Source of the DNA: Tubiluchus corallicola
Taxonomy: Eukaryota > Animalia > Priapulida
NCBI GenBank assembly: GCA_030141605.1
Contig: JAQGDQ010001065.1
Coordinates: forward strand, 1 to 64,000
DNA: 64,000 nt
Direction: 5' to 3'
Positions 13,561 through 28,452 of this stretch are shown here, one piece after another. Under the pieces are notes generated by a model. It worked only from the letters and a program-made list of their open reading frames with translations. It did not search any database and was not told where the DNA came from. Position 1 is the stretch's first letter; each line of letters begins with the position of its first letter. The position numbers and the translations under genes were made by a program.

Positions 13561-13846
13561 CGGCATTTGCACTACACGATTCGTTTATTATGACATTTTC
13601 TAAATGAAATTTAAAAAACTAATACAAAAGTTATTGCACCTACGATTATGTCAAGATCGTTACCTTTTAGCAGAAGGCATTAACGATCACATTTGATTCA
13701 AAGTTTTAGCAATACGCAATATCAACACTTTCTATGTATGTTAGGTTATGTATACTGCAGAAAAACTGCAAATATATTAAATATTAAGAACACACATTTA
13801 ATCCAAAGCCAGATTGCGAAAATATTTTTTTGATCAGAGCACTGAG

Positions 13847-14280
<434 letters not shown>

Positions 14281-14954
14281 ATAACATGTATGCAAAAATA
14301 AATTATTTATTGTTATTTCGATGTGGAAAATAATGTACATACAATGTAAACGTTGTAAACAAGTGTATTTAATTAGAGTGTAGCAAATAGTAAAAGAATT
14401 AAAACAAAATTGTAAGCAAGTTAATTAATAAAAAGTGAATAAATAAATAAATGAGTAAATGAATAAATAAATAAATAAATGAACAAATAAATCAATAAAT
14501 AAATGAATAAATAAATAAATAAACAAACAAACAAACAAACAAACAAACAAACAAACAAACATACAAACAAACAAACAAACAAACAAACAAACAAACAAAC
14601 AAACAAACAAACAAACAAATAAACAAATAAATAAATAAATACAGTGAAAAAAAGCTGTGATTTTTACCATAAAACACAACAAAGGTAAACCTAATAATAC
14701 AAAGGTAATAATTATCATAACACAAAGTATGAACTGCTTTAGTATGGCATGGCTTTAGTATAAAATGTGTGTTTTCTTGTGTAACATGAATGAAGTGTAT
14801 GTGCACATATATGCATTTCAAGCATGGAAAAACATACACTCTTTTAAAAAGGCTGCTTAACAGAAAAATTTGTTTGTTGTTATGCATTAATAAATGAATT
14901 TGTTTAAACTGTGCAGAATGATGATTTAATTTCGCAAAATAAAATTTATATTAG

Positions 14955-16070
14955 CAAATTCGTAGTTAATTGTTTATTTATTAAAATTGTTTATTTGATT
15001 ATATGTTTTTGTTTGCTTGTTTGTTTTTTATTTGTTTATTTATTTGTTTACTTCTTTATTTTGTTTATTTACTTATTTATTTATTTACAATACATCAATA
15101 AAATTCGTAGTTAATTGTTTATTTATATGTTTTTCTTTGCTTGTTTGTTTTTTTATTTGTTTATTTATTTATTTACTTCTTTATTTTATTTATTTACTTA
15201 TTTATTTATTTATAATACATCAGTAAAATTCGTAGTTAATTGTTTATTTATATGTTTTTCTTTGCTTGTTTGTTTTTTTATTTGTTTATTTATTTATTTA
15301 CTTCTTTATTTTATTTATTTACTTATTTATTTATTTACAATACATCAGTAAAATTCGTAGTTAATTGTATATTTATATGTTTTTGTTTGCTTGTTTTTTA
15401 TTTGTTTATTTATTTATTTACCTCTTTATTTTATTTATTTACTTATTTATTTATTTATAATACATCAGTAAAATTCGTAGTTAATTGTTTATTTATATGT
15501 TTTTGTTTGCTTGTTTTTTTATTTGTTTATTTATTTATTTACTTCTTTATTTTATTTATTTACTTATTTATTTATTTACAATACATCAGTAAAATTCGTA
15601 GTTAATTGTATATTTATATGTTTTTGTTTGCTTGTTTTTTATTTGTTTATTTATTTATTTACTTCTTTATTTTATTTATTTACTTATTTATTTATTTATA
15701 ATACATCAGTAAAATTCGTAGTTAATTGTTTATTTATATGTTTTTGTTTGCTTGTTTTTTTATTTGTTTATTTATTTATTCACCTCTTTATTTTATTTAT
15801 TTACTTATTTATTTATTTATAATATATCAGTAAAATTCGTAGTTAATTGTTTATTTATATGTTTTTGTTTGCTTGTTTGTTTTTATTTGTTTATTTATTT
15901 ATTTATTATTTACTTCTTTATTTAATTTATTTACTTATTTATTTATTTGCAATACATCAGTAAAATTCGTAGTTAATTGTTTATTTATAAGTTTTTGTTT
16001 GCTTGTTTATTTATTTATTTACCTCTTTATTTTGTTTATTTATTTATTTTTTTTACAATACATCAGTAAA
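14955..16070 (+). repeat. ~123-bp AT-rich tandem repeat, ~9 copies (preceded by (AAAC)n/(AAAT)n at 14440-14640)
   Basis: AAATTCGTAGTTAATTG recurs every ~121-125 bp. Confidence 0.92.
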
Positions 16071-16603
16071 ATCATGCCTATAAGAAAGCTTTACACACCA
16101 GTTTGCACGGAATAGCATTTTATTTTGATCCTTGCAGCACCTATTACACAAGCATTGTTAATATGTCACTTAAGATTTGCCCGCGTATCGCTTAATAAAC
16201 TACGCTGACCATCTGCACGTCGCACAAAGGTTTCTCCTACTGCCCCACCCACCGCCTACCTACTTAACTTTAAACCCAATCAGTCGCAGTGAAAGCAGTA
16301 GTCCCTAATCTCCCTTAACGCCTGTTTACCTCCATTCAGCAAGATGTAACTGTTTACCGAAACAAGCTGTGTTCTTCAGCCGAGCAAAATCCTAATCGAA
16401 TCGTGATGAGTTTTGCTTTCAAATGCAAAAATGGCCAATTTGGCGGCCATTGTTGTCGTGCGATGACTAGGCGACAGCTGCCTAGCGGCCAGTGTTGAAA
16501 TTATCAGCAAAGAAATTGAGCCAAGATTGCTTTGAAGTTACAATGCTGTGTAGAGGAATAAAAACCGAAAACGAAATAAAATATAGTAGACCGGGTAAAT
16601 AAA

Positions 16604-16964
<361 letters not shown>

Positions 16965-16972
<8 letters not shown>

Positions 16973-17113
16973 TTTATTTCACTCCAGCAACACATATACA
17001 ATACATCAACATACAATATTATTGAAACAAAAAGAAACAGTATAGGTAAAACAAACGTTGATGAAGTCAAATTAACCAAATGAAAGAGTTGCTGTATGAC
17101 ACCTTGAAAGCTT
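16965..17113 (-). mobile_element. Dispersed retroposon-like 3' end; second copy at 31147-31305 (+)
   Basis: The two ~145-bp copies are reverse complements and end in AATAAA followed by a (GATT)n tail. Confidence 0.6.
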
Positions 17114-18065
17114 CTTTTGAATAAAACCGGTACCTTTTGCTGAAATTAAAAAGTCGTTAAGCATTATAATGTTGTTTACGTTATTTTTAAGCAAAATCTT
17201 TTCCCCGCGTGCCCGTGCAACGTAGCACAATGAAACGCAAAGTGACCAAAGACAATCGAACATAATATAATTTTTCATGACGTGTCATATTATGACGTAA
17301 TACAGTTACACATGACGTAATTATGACGTAATACAGTTACAATGTTTTCAACTCTGTGAAAGTTTTGCAAAAAAAAAACCGTTACAGACTGTAATAAATC
17401 GTTTAGAATTCGTTGTCACAAAAACAAATGAGCATCCATTCGAACTACAACCATTAAGTGTTTGTTCTTGGTCGTTGCCGTCGCAGCGCGTGAGTGTGAA
17501 AACGCCTTTACTTGAAGTTGCCACCACATGTACACGCGTTTTTCGACTGACAACTGCTCTTGATGTCTTTAGCTCGTTTTAAGCAAGCAAAGTGGTTGTC
17601 TCTTTGTGTAAAGCAAGCAATCTTTCCAAGCAATAACGCAGCAAATGGGTTTAAAAACCTACAATTTAACCAGAAAGACAACCAGGCAGTTATGCAGATG
17701 GAATACAGAGCAAATGGGAAACCGAAATGGGATGTTTTTATGGACCTGCAGTGGAAAAACCCCATGCTACTAAGCACGCATGTTCTGCCCTTCTAGCTTA
17801 ACCGAACACAGCCATATTAATAAATAGGCTCATGGCGAAGGCTGTTTATATGCGTCTTGTTCAAATTAAAGCAGCGAGCGGTTATTTAATATTCATAGAA
17901 GCTGGGAATGTTCCGAGTTTTTCAGCTTTTATGATGGGTGGCGGGGGAGTGCGCTATCATTGCGGAAATGGTCCTGTATGGCTTTCAAAAGATAAAAAAT
18001 GTTTCGAAAACTTTGTCGTGTAATGTGTTTCAGGCTAATAATTTTTCGCCGTTATATGATCTAAA

Positions 18066-18185
<120 letters not shown>

Positions 18186-18874
18186 TCTTTATTTGTCATT
18201 AAAATGGTTCACTCATTATAATAAAATTGAGTAAGCCTCAGCGTAATGTTAAAATAACAACACTGTTCAAGACAAATGCGTCCAGTACAGACTAAAAAAA
18301 GCTAAAGTGCAAAACTAAGGTCTAATTATATACAATAAATGAACATATTTACAAACACCATATTAAAATATTTTTACAAAACAATATTACAAAAGTACAT
18401 TAAAGTTTACATGACTTATTTTACACTATATATACATTTGACATGACACATGCTTTATATTACATAAATTTCACTCATTACATTTACGCTATTTATATAT
18501 TGACTTTATTATCATGGAAAGATGGATGTTGATTATAACGACTTTTGATCACATAAACCAAGAGATATTTAGCTCTTTAGAAAGAGGAGGAACAAGGCTA
18601 CACGATGTTGTGACCTGTATTTTAAGAGGTCCCCACCGTGAGGAGCAGTGACGGGTTGATTGGAGGTTCCATTTCGGGCGTTTGTCCCTTGGAAAACAGC
18701 TGACGCAAAGCCATTGTTCTGACGTCATCCATTATACTCTGTCTATAACCTTATAACTTTAATTCAGTAAAAGCTGCTGCTGACTTTGCGTTATAAAGGA
18801 GAACTATGTAGGATGTAGGATCATTATTATTATTATTATTATTATTATTAAGCATTATCAATGATTTTTCTACG

Positions 18875-21466
18875 TTACTTAGTAGGGGATTTACAGATGA
18901 AGCCAAACTTGTTCTCACATGTCATGTCATTCCATGTGCTAAACTGATGGAAATTGATCTGTAAACAGTTTTCACGTTCGCTGATGTTGTTAGGCTCAAT
19001 ATGATAGCTGCCATTATTCCAGTTCGTATACAAGATGGCGTGGCCATTAGAAAACCAGACCCATCTACCTTCATTGTGTTGATCTGTCCCCCCAATCCAG
19101 AATTTGCATCTTTGGCCATCATCTATAAAAAGAATATTAATTAGACAGAATATCAGAAAGTCTCGTTTTGGGTAACATTTGAGTTACCAAAACACATGCG
19201 AAATTCCTATGTCTACATTTGACTTACCTAAGTCACATTTGAGTTACCAAAACACATTCAAAATTCCTATGTTTACATTTGACTTACCTATGTCTACATT
19301 TGACTTACCTAAGTCACATATGAACTTTCCTGTCTACATTTGACTTACCTAAGTCACATATGAACTTTCCTGTGTCTACATTTGACTTACCTAAGTCACA
19401 CTTGAACTTTCCTGTGTCTACATTTGACTTACCTAAGTCACATATGAACTTTCCTGTGTCTACATTTGACTTACCTAAGTCACATATGAACTTTCCTATG
19501 TCTACATTTGACTTACTTAAGTCACATTTGAGTTACCAAAACACATTCGAAATTCCTATGTTTACATTTGACTTACCTAAGTCACATTTGAGTTACCAAA
19601 ACACATTCGAAATTCCTATGTCTACATTTGACTTACCTAAGTCACATATGAACTTTCCTGTGTCTACATTTGACTTACCTAAGTCACATATGAACTTTCC
19701 TGTGTCTACATTTGACTTACCTAAGTCACATATGAACTTTCCTGTGTCTACATTTGACTTACCTAAGTCACATTTGAACTTTCCTGTGTCTACATTTGAC
19801 TTACCTAAGTCACATTGAACTTTCCTGCACATTTGACTTACCTAAGTCACATTTGAACTTTCCTATGTCTACATTTGACTTACTTAAGTCACATTTGAAC
19901 TTCCTAGTTACATTTGACTTACCTAAGTCACATTTGAACTTTCCTATGTCTACATTTGACTTACCTAAGTCACATATGAACTTTCCTGTGTCTACATTTG
20001 ACTTACCTAAGTCACATTTGAACTTTCCTGTGTCTACATTTGACTTACCTAAGTCACATATGAACTTTCCTGTGTCTACATTTGACTTACCTAAGTCACA
20101 TATGAACTTTCCTGTGTCTACATTTGACTTACCTAAGTCACACTTGAACTTTCCTGTGTCTACATTTGACTTACCTAAGTCACATATGAACTTTCCTGTG
20201 TCTACATTTGACTTACCTAAGTCACATATGAACTTTCCTGTGTCTACATTTGACTTACCTAAGTCACATATGAACTTTCCTATGTCTACATTTGACTTAC
20301 CTAAGTCACATATGAACTTTCCTGTGTCTACATTTGACGTGTAAAACATACAATTGTGACTGGAGTGGTCAACTTTAAAGAAATCAATGTCATCGATCAA
20401 GCTTGACAAATTAGGCTTTATCGTAATTTTTTACAGGCTCACAAAGCCTAACAGAAGAAATTGCAGATAAGTTAAGATACCTACCGTATATTCCGTGTTT
20501 GCCTATAAACTGATTTTCGGCAGCGGTTGTTATGGTAGCTAATTCACTACCTGCCATTCTGCACGTCATCACAGCCTGCCACCACGTTAGTTCTGGGGTT
20601 GTGTGAAACCAGTAACAATTCCCATTGTAGTATTTTCCACCATTTCCGCAGCACGTTGAGTTTGAGTCAGCCTGATTGTGAATGAAAAACAAGTTTTGTT
20701 ACAAAAATGACATACTGCTTAGTTGTCAACTCTCTTTACTGTTACTGTCAGCAAGCAGTTGGTCGCACCGACAGATGCTGTGAGTTGACTTACCGTTTCA
20801 GTGTGAATGCCTCGGCGACTTCTGGGTGGAATAGAGAAGTTGCCCTTATTAAGCTGAATGTGCCTATGAATTACGTGGTGACAAAACTCGCTAGTCTGAA
20901 TATTAAAGGCAAATGGGTAAAGTGTATTGTTGTACAAATAAGCATAATTTTTTTTGTAAATTCACACCAAAAACAAATTACAGAAAAGCATGAAAAACAT
21001 ATTAAAGTGGAATTTCTCTGTTGCTATCTCCATACATTAAAAGCAAATGGGTAAAGTGTATTGTTTTATAAATAAGCATAATGCTTTTTGTAAATTCACA
21101 CCAAAAACAAATTACAAAAAAGCATGAAAAACATATTAAAAGGGGAATTTCTCTATTGCTATCTCCATACATTAAAAGCAAATGGGTAAAGTGTATTGTT
21201 TTATAAATAAGCATAATGCTTTTTGTAAATTCACACCAAAAACAAATAACAGGAGAGCACGGAAAAACACATTTACAGGGGAATTTCTTTGTTGCTATCT
21301 CCATTAAGTTGTTCTTAATTTATTACGATTACTATATATCAAAACAAATAATCACTGGTATTAAAATTGTTACCTTGTTAGATGCCGTTTCAGTACCTGC
21401 ACTTGAACCATGGAGAGTGACTATCACACACAACAGTAGTTTGCGTATCAGTGAAATCACGTTCAT
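18875..21466 (-). CDS. Secreted C-type lectin paralogue A, 4 exons (21466-21374, 20895-20794, 20671-20485, 19122-18875), 209 aa
   Basis: All introns GT-AG with matching phases (0,0,1). Signal peptide-like MNVISLIRKLLLCVIVTLHGSSAG; RSRR; CTLD with GNCYWF, TWWQA..C, LATI, WIGG, EPN, WND and terminal FIC. Confidence 0.9.
19172..20348 (+). mobile_element. Left-truncated fold-back element with 42-bp internal array, in intron 3 of lectin A
   Basis: 42-bp unit GTCTACATTTGACTTACCTAAGTCACAT(A/T)TGAACTTTCCTGT; right end GTCTACATTTGACGTGTAAAAC; absent from the paralogous intron of lectin B. Confidence 0.85.
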
Positions 21467-22114
21467 TGCTCACATAAAAACTATTTCACGATGAATTTCA
21501 AAATCAGTCTTGCGAAACTTTGTCGTACAAGTCTTTCAAATAATACAAATGTCCACAAAAGAAGCTGCAGTAAAATTAATTCATTAAATGCAATAATCGG
21601 ATAAAGCAGAAACATTGAAATTATTGTTCGATCCTTATTTATATTGATGCAAAATAAACAAATAGATAATCATAATAAGAGATCTACTTTTAGACAATTA
21701 TGTTTGGCGTACTGCTTGTTCATTAGAAATTTTAGAGTGAAAATATCCAAAAGGTTATGTCATTCGAACAAAAAGTTCACATTTAAGCAGCCAGAAGAGT
21801 TAGTTTAACTATGCTTTGCTTGCTATTGCCACTTTAGCACTGTTGATGCGGTTGCAGCATGAATTTGAACTTTGCAAATGTAACAATAACACGTTGCAAG
21901 ATAATTAGCAAAATCAAAATGGATGACTGATAAAATTCATTACAATTTACAGCAAAAAGAAATATTTGTAGATTTAGAACTTTTTAAATCTTGTGGATGA
22001 CTTCGCATAATTCTATATGATCTACACGCCAGGCAAAACACGTTTTTAAACTGATTGTTAGTTTTTCTATTGTGAAAATTTTGGAAGGCCATCTTTGAAG
22101 ATTTCGCTTGATTG

Positions 22115-25100
22115 CAGGGAATTTGGTGTAGTTTAGTGTGTTTACCTTATTCGAAAGCGTTTGCCTTGTCTACAATAGTTGGTCCATGAGTAGGGAATTT
22201 AGTGCAGTATAGTCTATTTTCTTTATTCAAAAGTGTTTGCCTTGTCGACAATAGTTGGTCCATGAGTAGGGAATTTAGTGTAGTATAGTTTTTACATGTC
22301 AAATGTAGACCTGCGTTAACTCAAATATAGATTTAGGTAATTCAAATGTGTCTTGGTAACTCAAATGTAGACTTAGGTAGTTCAAATGTGTTAACAATGG
22401 TTTTCAAGAAATCTTAAGCGTTTTTGGTAAATCAAATGTAGACACATGTCAAGTCAAATGTGATATTGGTATCTCAAATGTGGATAGGTGGTAAGTTTAA
22501 AGATGCTAAATTTAATCTCCTTTAATCTTAATTTAATAATTGCTTTGAAAATAATAACTTTATAGGTCTACTAATAGTTCACTAATATTCTGCAAACTTT
22601 TCATACCATTGGAACTGTTAGAGAAAACAATACATTCTTAAAATAAACAATGTTTCTTGAGAGAAACTAATTCATTAATGCAGTGCTAATGCATTACTTA
22701 AAAAAACTAATTAGTGATTCACTGTTCATTGGGAAGAGTAAACAACACATTTTTCAAAGTTATGAAAGAGGTGGTGACTATCTTTGGTTTATCTTTTTGT
22801 AATTTGCACTTAAATGAGTTTATTACCTATTTATTCAAAGTAATACATCTACATTTGAGTTACCTAAGTCACATTTGAGTTACCAAAACTCATCCGAAAT
22901 TCCTATGTCTACATTTGACTTATCCAAGTCACATTTGAGTTAGCAAAACACATTCGAAATTCCTATGTCTACATTTGACTTACCTAAGTCACATTTGAGT
23001 TACCAAAACACATTCGAATTACCTATGTCTACATTTGACTTGCCTAAGTCTTATTTGAACTTTCCTGTGTCTACATTTGACGTGTAAAACCTATATAGTC
23101 TATTTTAATTATTCAAAAGTGTTTGCCTTTTCGACAATAATTGGTCCATGAGTAGAGAATTTAGTGTAGTATAGTCTATTTTCTTTATTCGAAAGTGTTT
23201 GCTTTGTCGACAATAGTTAGTCCATGAGTAGAGAATCTAGTGTAGTATAGTGTTTTTTCTTTATTCATAAGTGTTTGCCTTGTCGACAATAGTTGGTCCA
23301 TGAGTAGGGAATTTAGTGTAGTATAGTCTATTTTCTACATTTGAAAGTGTTTGCCTTGTCTACAATAGTTGGTCCATGAGTAGGGAATTTAGTGTAGTAT
23401 AGTCTATTTTCTTTATTCAAAAGTGTTTGCCTTGTCGACAATAATTGGTCCATGAGTAGGGAATTTAGTGTAGTATAGTCTATTTTCTTTATTCGAAAGT
23501 GTTTGCCTTGTCTACAATAGTTGGTCCATGAGTAGGGAATTTAGTGTAGTATAGTCTATTTTCTTTATTCCAAAGTGTTTGCCTTGTCTACAATAGTTGG
23601 TCCATGAGTAGGGAATTTAGTGTAGTATAGTCTATTTTCTTTATTCCAAAGTGTTTGCCTTGTCGACAATAGTTGGTCCATGACTAGGGAATTTAGTGCA
23701 GTATAGTCTATTTTCTTTATTCGAAAGTGTTTGCTTTGTCGACAATAGTTGGTCCATGAGTAGGGAATTTAGTGCAGTATAGTCTATTTTTTTTATTTGA
23801 AAGTGTCTGCCTTGTCTACAATAGTTGGTCCATGAGTAGGGAATTTAGTGCAGTATAGTCTATTTTTTTTATTTGAAAGTGTCTGCCTTGTCTACAATAG
23901 TTGGTCCATGAGTAGGGAATTTAGTGCAGTATAGTCTATTTTTTTTATTTGAAAGTGTCTGCTTTGTCGACAATAGTTGGTCCATGAGTAGGGAATTTAG
24001 TGCAGTATAGTCTATTTTCTTTATTCGAAAGTGTTTGCCTTGTCTACAATAGTTGGTCCATGAGTAGGGAATTTAGTGTAGTATAGTCTATTTTCTTTAT
24101 TCCAAAGTGTTTGCCTTGTCTACAATAGTTGGTCCATGAGTAGGGAATTTAGTGTAGTATAGTCTATTTTCTTTATTCCAAAGTGTTTGCCTTGTCGACA
24201 ATAGTTGGTCCATGACTAGGGAATTTAGTGCAGTATAGTCTATTTTCTTTATTCGAAAGTGTTTGCTTTGTCGACAATAGTTGGTCCATGAGTAGGGAAT
24301 TTAGTGCAAACAAGAAAGTGTTTGCCTTGTCTACAATAGTTGGTCCATGAGAAAAAGTATAGTCTATTTTCTTTATTCCAAAGTGTTTGCCTTGTCGACA
24401 ATAGTTGGTCCATGAGTAGGGAATTTAGTGCAGTATAGTCTATTTTTTTTATTCGAAAGTGTCTGCCTTGTCTACAATAGTTGGTCCATGAGTAGGGAAT
24501 TTAGTGCAGTATAGTCTATTTTTTTTATTTGAAAGTGTCTGCCTTGTCTACAATAGTTGGTCCATGAGTAGGGAATTTAGTGCAGTATAGTCTATTTTTT
24601 TTATTTGAAAGTGTCTGCCTTGTCTACAATAGTTGGTCCATGAGTAGGGAATTTAGTGCAGTATAGTCTATTTTTTTTATTTGAAAGTGTCTGCTTTGTC
24701 GACAATAGTTGGTCCATGAGTAGGGAATTTAGTGCAGTATAGTCTATTTTTTTTATTTGAAAGTGTCTGCCTTGTCTACAATAGTTGGTCCATGAGTAGG
24801 GAATTTAGTGTAGTATAGTCTATTTTCTTTATTCGGAAGTGTTTGCCTTGTCGACAATAGTTGGTCCATGAGTAGGGAATTTAGTGCAGTATAGTCTATT
24901 TTTTTTATTCGAAAGTGTCTGCCTTGTCTACAATAGTTGATCCATGAGTAGGGAATTTAGTGTAGTATAGTCTATTTTCTTTATTCGAAAGTGTTTGCTT
25001 TGTCGACAATAGTTGGTCCATGAGTAGAGAATTTAGTGTAGTATAGTCTATTTTTTTTATTTGAAAGTGTTTGCCTTGTCTACAATAGTTGGTCCATGAG

Positions 25101-25595
25101 TAGGGAATTTAGTGTAGTATAGTCTATTTTCTTTATTCATAAGTGTTTGCCTTGTCTACAATAGTTGGTCCATGAGTAGGGAATTTAGTGCAGTATAGTG
25201 TATTTTCTTTATTCGAAAGTGTTTGCCTTGTCGACAATAGTTAGTCCATGAGTAGGGAATTTAGTGTAGTATAGTCTATTTTCTTTATTCTAAAGTGTTT
25301 GCTTTGTCGACAATAGTTAGTCCATGAGTAGAGAATTTAGTGTAGTATAGTCCATTTTCTTTATTCGAAAGTGTTTGCCTTGTCGACAATAGTTAGTCCA
25401 TGAGTAGGGAATTTAGTGTAGTATAGTCTATTTTCTTTATTCGAAAGTGTTTGCTTTGTCGACAATAGTTAGTCCATGAGTAGAGAATTTAGTGTAGTAT
25501 AGTGTTTTTTCTTTATTCATAAGTGTTTGCCTTGTCGACAATAGTTGGTCCATGAGTAGGGAATTTCGTGTAGTATTGTGTATTTTCTTCATTTT
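22115..25595 (+). repeat. 76-bp tandem satellite, ~35 copies, interrupted by the fold-back element
   Basis: Unit GAATTTAGTGTAGTATAGTCTATTTTC...GGTCCATGAGTAGG with period 76 (23461 to 23537). Confidence 0.97.
22286..23093 (+). mobile_element. Complete short copy of the fold-back/MITE element inserted into the 76-bp satellite
   Basis: TIRs TAG(T)TTTTACATGTCAAATGTAGAC / GTCTACATTTGACGTGTAAAACCTA. Removing the element with a TA TSD restores the satellite unit GTAGTATAGTC. Confidence 0.85.
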
Positions 25596-25938
25596 GCCTT
25601 TTTAAAACTTTGACGATGATAATCCAAGAATTAAACATAAGCATTCAGTGTTAGGTCATAAAGAAAACATGAACTCTTCAAGGCAAATGTGTCAGGTGCA
25701 AGCTAAACTATATGTGAAATGATGAATTCTAGACAATAAAAGATAAATCATGAACATATATAAGAACATATAAATGAGCACATATATGAACATATATATG
25801 TACATAAAATGATTAGCATTTAACAAGTATATAGCTCTTAAACATTCGGTAATTTCCTACATGGATATCTAGTCCAATCTGCGTTATTATATGATCATAA
25901 ACTCGATGCTGAGTGCCCGTTGAACAAAAAGTTAAAAA

Positions 25939-27368
25939 CTAGGCAGTAGGAGATTTACAAATAAATTCAAACGTTTTCGAACAGACGTGGTCATTCCATG
26001 TGCTAAATTGGTGGAAATTAATTTGTAAACAGTGTTCATTCCCGTTTTGGTTGTTTGGTTCATTTGTAAGATGGCTTCTGTTCCATTTCGTGTACAAGAT
26101 GGCCTGGCCATTAGAAAACCAGACCCATCTGCCTTGTTTATGTTGATCTGTCCCACCAATCCAGAATGTACATCTCGCACCGTTATCTACAGAAAGAATA
26201 ATAATTAAGAAGACTATCAGTATACAGCGAAACAATTTTGTTTTAGGTGATTAATTGAGAACATAATAAAATTTCCAGACTGTTTCAACAAATTGATGTC
26301 AGTCAACGGTGATGTGAAGTGGCTTATATGGACACGAGTTATCGGTGGGTCCTATGAGTACGTAAAAGCCTTTTAATGAGTTGTAACTACCATATCAATA
26401 ATAAGAGAGGAGCCATTCGGAATGAAAAAGAGAGATGGGTAGCACTAGAATACTGGCCTTGATCGAGTGCTAAGAGTAGCTTTTCTTTCACAATTGAAAG
26501 GCTTTGTCTGATAAGTATTGTGACTGACGAATTGACCCACTTCAAAAAAATCAATGTCGTGAAATAAGTTTGATAAATAATGTTCATCTGAGTCGTAATT
26601 TTTACAGGCTCATAAAGCATAACAGAAGAAATTGCAGATAAGTTAAAATACCTACCGTGTCTTGCATGTTTGGTTATAAACTGATTTTCGGCATCTGTTG
26701 TTATGGTAGCTAATTCACTACCTGCCATTCTGCACGTCATCACAGCTTGCCACCACGTTACTTTTGCGGTTGTGTGAAACCAGTAACAATTCCCATTGTA
26801 GTATTTTCCACCATTTCTGCAGCACGTTGAGTTTGAGTCAGCCTGATTATGGACGGAAAACAAGTTTTGTTACATAAATGACATACTACTTAGTTGTCAA
26901 CTCTCTTTACTGTTACTGTCAGCAAGCAGTTGGTCGCTCCGACAGATGCTGTGAGTTGACTTACCGTTTCAGTGTGAATGCCTCGGCGACTTCTGGGTGG
27001 AATAGTGAAGTTGCCCTTATTAAGCTGAATGCGCCTATGAGTTACGTGGTGACAAAACTCGCTAGTCTGAATATTAAAGGCAAATGGGTAAAGTGTATTG
27101 TTTTATAAATAAGCATAATGCTTTTTGTAAATTCACACCAAAAACAAATAACAGGAAAGCATGAAAAACCATATTTACAGTGGAATTTCTCTGTTGCTAT
27201 CTCCATTAAGTTGTTCTTAATTTATTACCAATACTAAATATTAAAACAAATAATCACTGGTATTAAAATTGTTACCTTGTTAGATCTCGTTTCAGTTACT
27301 GCACTTGAACCATGGAGAGTAACTATCACACACAACAGTAGTTTGCCTATCAGTGAAATCACGTTCAT
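25939..27368 (-). CDS. Secreted C-type lectin paralogue B, 4 exons (27368-27276, 27066-26965, 26842-26656, 26186-25939), 209 aa
   Basis: Same exon sizes (93/102/187/248) and splice sites as paralogue A. WIGG, EPNN and WND motifs intact. Confidence 0.9.
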
Positions 27369-27631
27369 TGCTCACATAAACACTATTTCACGATGAATTT
27401 CAAAATCAGTCTTACAAAACTTTGTCGTACAAGTCTTGCAAAGAATGCAAATGTCCACAAAACAGGCTGCAGTGAAATATGCCAATTATACACAGACATC
27501 TTACAAAATGGAAACATTAAAATTAGTGTGCAACCTAATTTATGATGGTCAAAACTAAACAAATTTATATTTGTAATACGTAATGAGCGATCCACTTCTA
27601 GACAAATTACGGTGCCACTTACTCAAACTAA

Positions 27632-28452
27632 AATTTTGAAAGTAAAAACTCAAAAAGTTATGGCATTTGAACAAAGAAGCTTACATTTAAACAGTCAGAA
27701 GATTCTGAAAGTAAAGAGCCAAAAAGTTATGCCAATTGAACAAAGAAGCTTACATTTAAACAGTCAGAAGATTCTGAAAGTAAAGAGTCAAAAAGTTATG
27801 CCATTTGAACAAAGAAGCTTACATTTAAACAGTCAGAAGATTCTGAAAGTAAAGACCCAAAAAGTTATGCCATTTGAACAAAGAAGCTTACATTTAAACA
27901 ATCAGAAGATTCTGAAAGTAAAGACCCAAAAAGTTATGCCATTTGAACAAAGAAGCTTGCATTTAAACAGTCAGAAGATTCTGAAAGTAAAGACCCAAAA
28001 AGTTATGCCATTTGAACAAAGAAGCTTACATTTAAACAGTCAGAAGATTCTGAAAGTAAAGACCCAAAAAGTTGTGCCATTTGAACAAAGAAGCTTGCAT
28101 TTAAACAGTCAGAAGATTCTGAAAGTAAAGACCCAAAAAGTTATGCCATTTGAACAAAGAAGCTTACATTTAAACAGTCAGAAGATTCTGAAAGTAAAGA
28201 CCCAAAAAGTTATGCCATTTGAACAAAGAAGCTTACATTTAAACAGTCAGAAGATTCTGAAAGTAAAAACCCAAAAAGTTATGCCATTTGAACAAAGAAA
28301 CTTACATTTAAACAGTCAGAAGATTCTGAAAGTAAAGAGCCAAAAAGTTCTGCCATTTGAACAAAGAAACTTACATTTAGGCGGTCAGAACATTCTGAAA
28401 GTAAAGACCCAAAAAGTTGTGCCAAAGAAACTTACATTTAAACAGTCAGAAG
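27632..28452 (+). repeat. 69-bp tandem repeat, ~12 copies, upstream of lectin B
   Basis: Produces the 23-aa periodic pseudo-ORF 27612-28463. Confidence 0.96.

Noticed and set aside
17508-18023. Short Cys-containing ORFs
   Set aside because: No recognisable domain or splice structure; possibly decayed transposon sequence.
22115-25595. CRISPR-like appearance of regular arrays (76-, 42-, 26-, 112-bp)
   Set aside because: The units are fully repeated with no unique spacers, there are no cas genes, and the context is eukaryotic.
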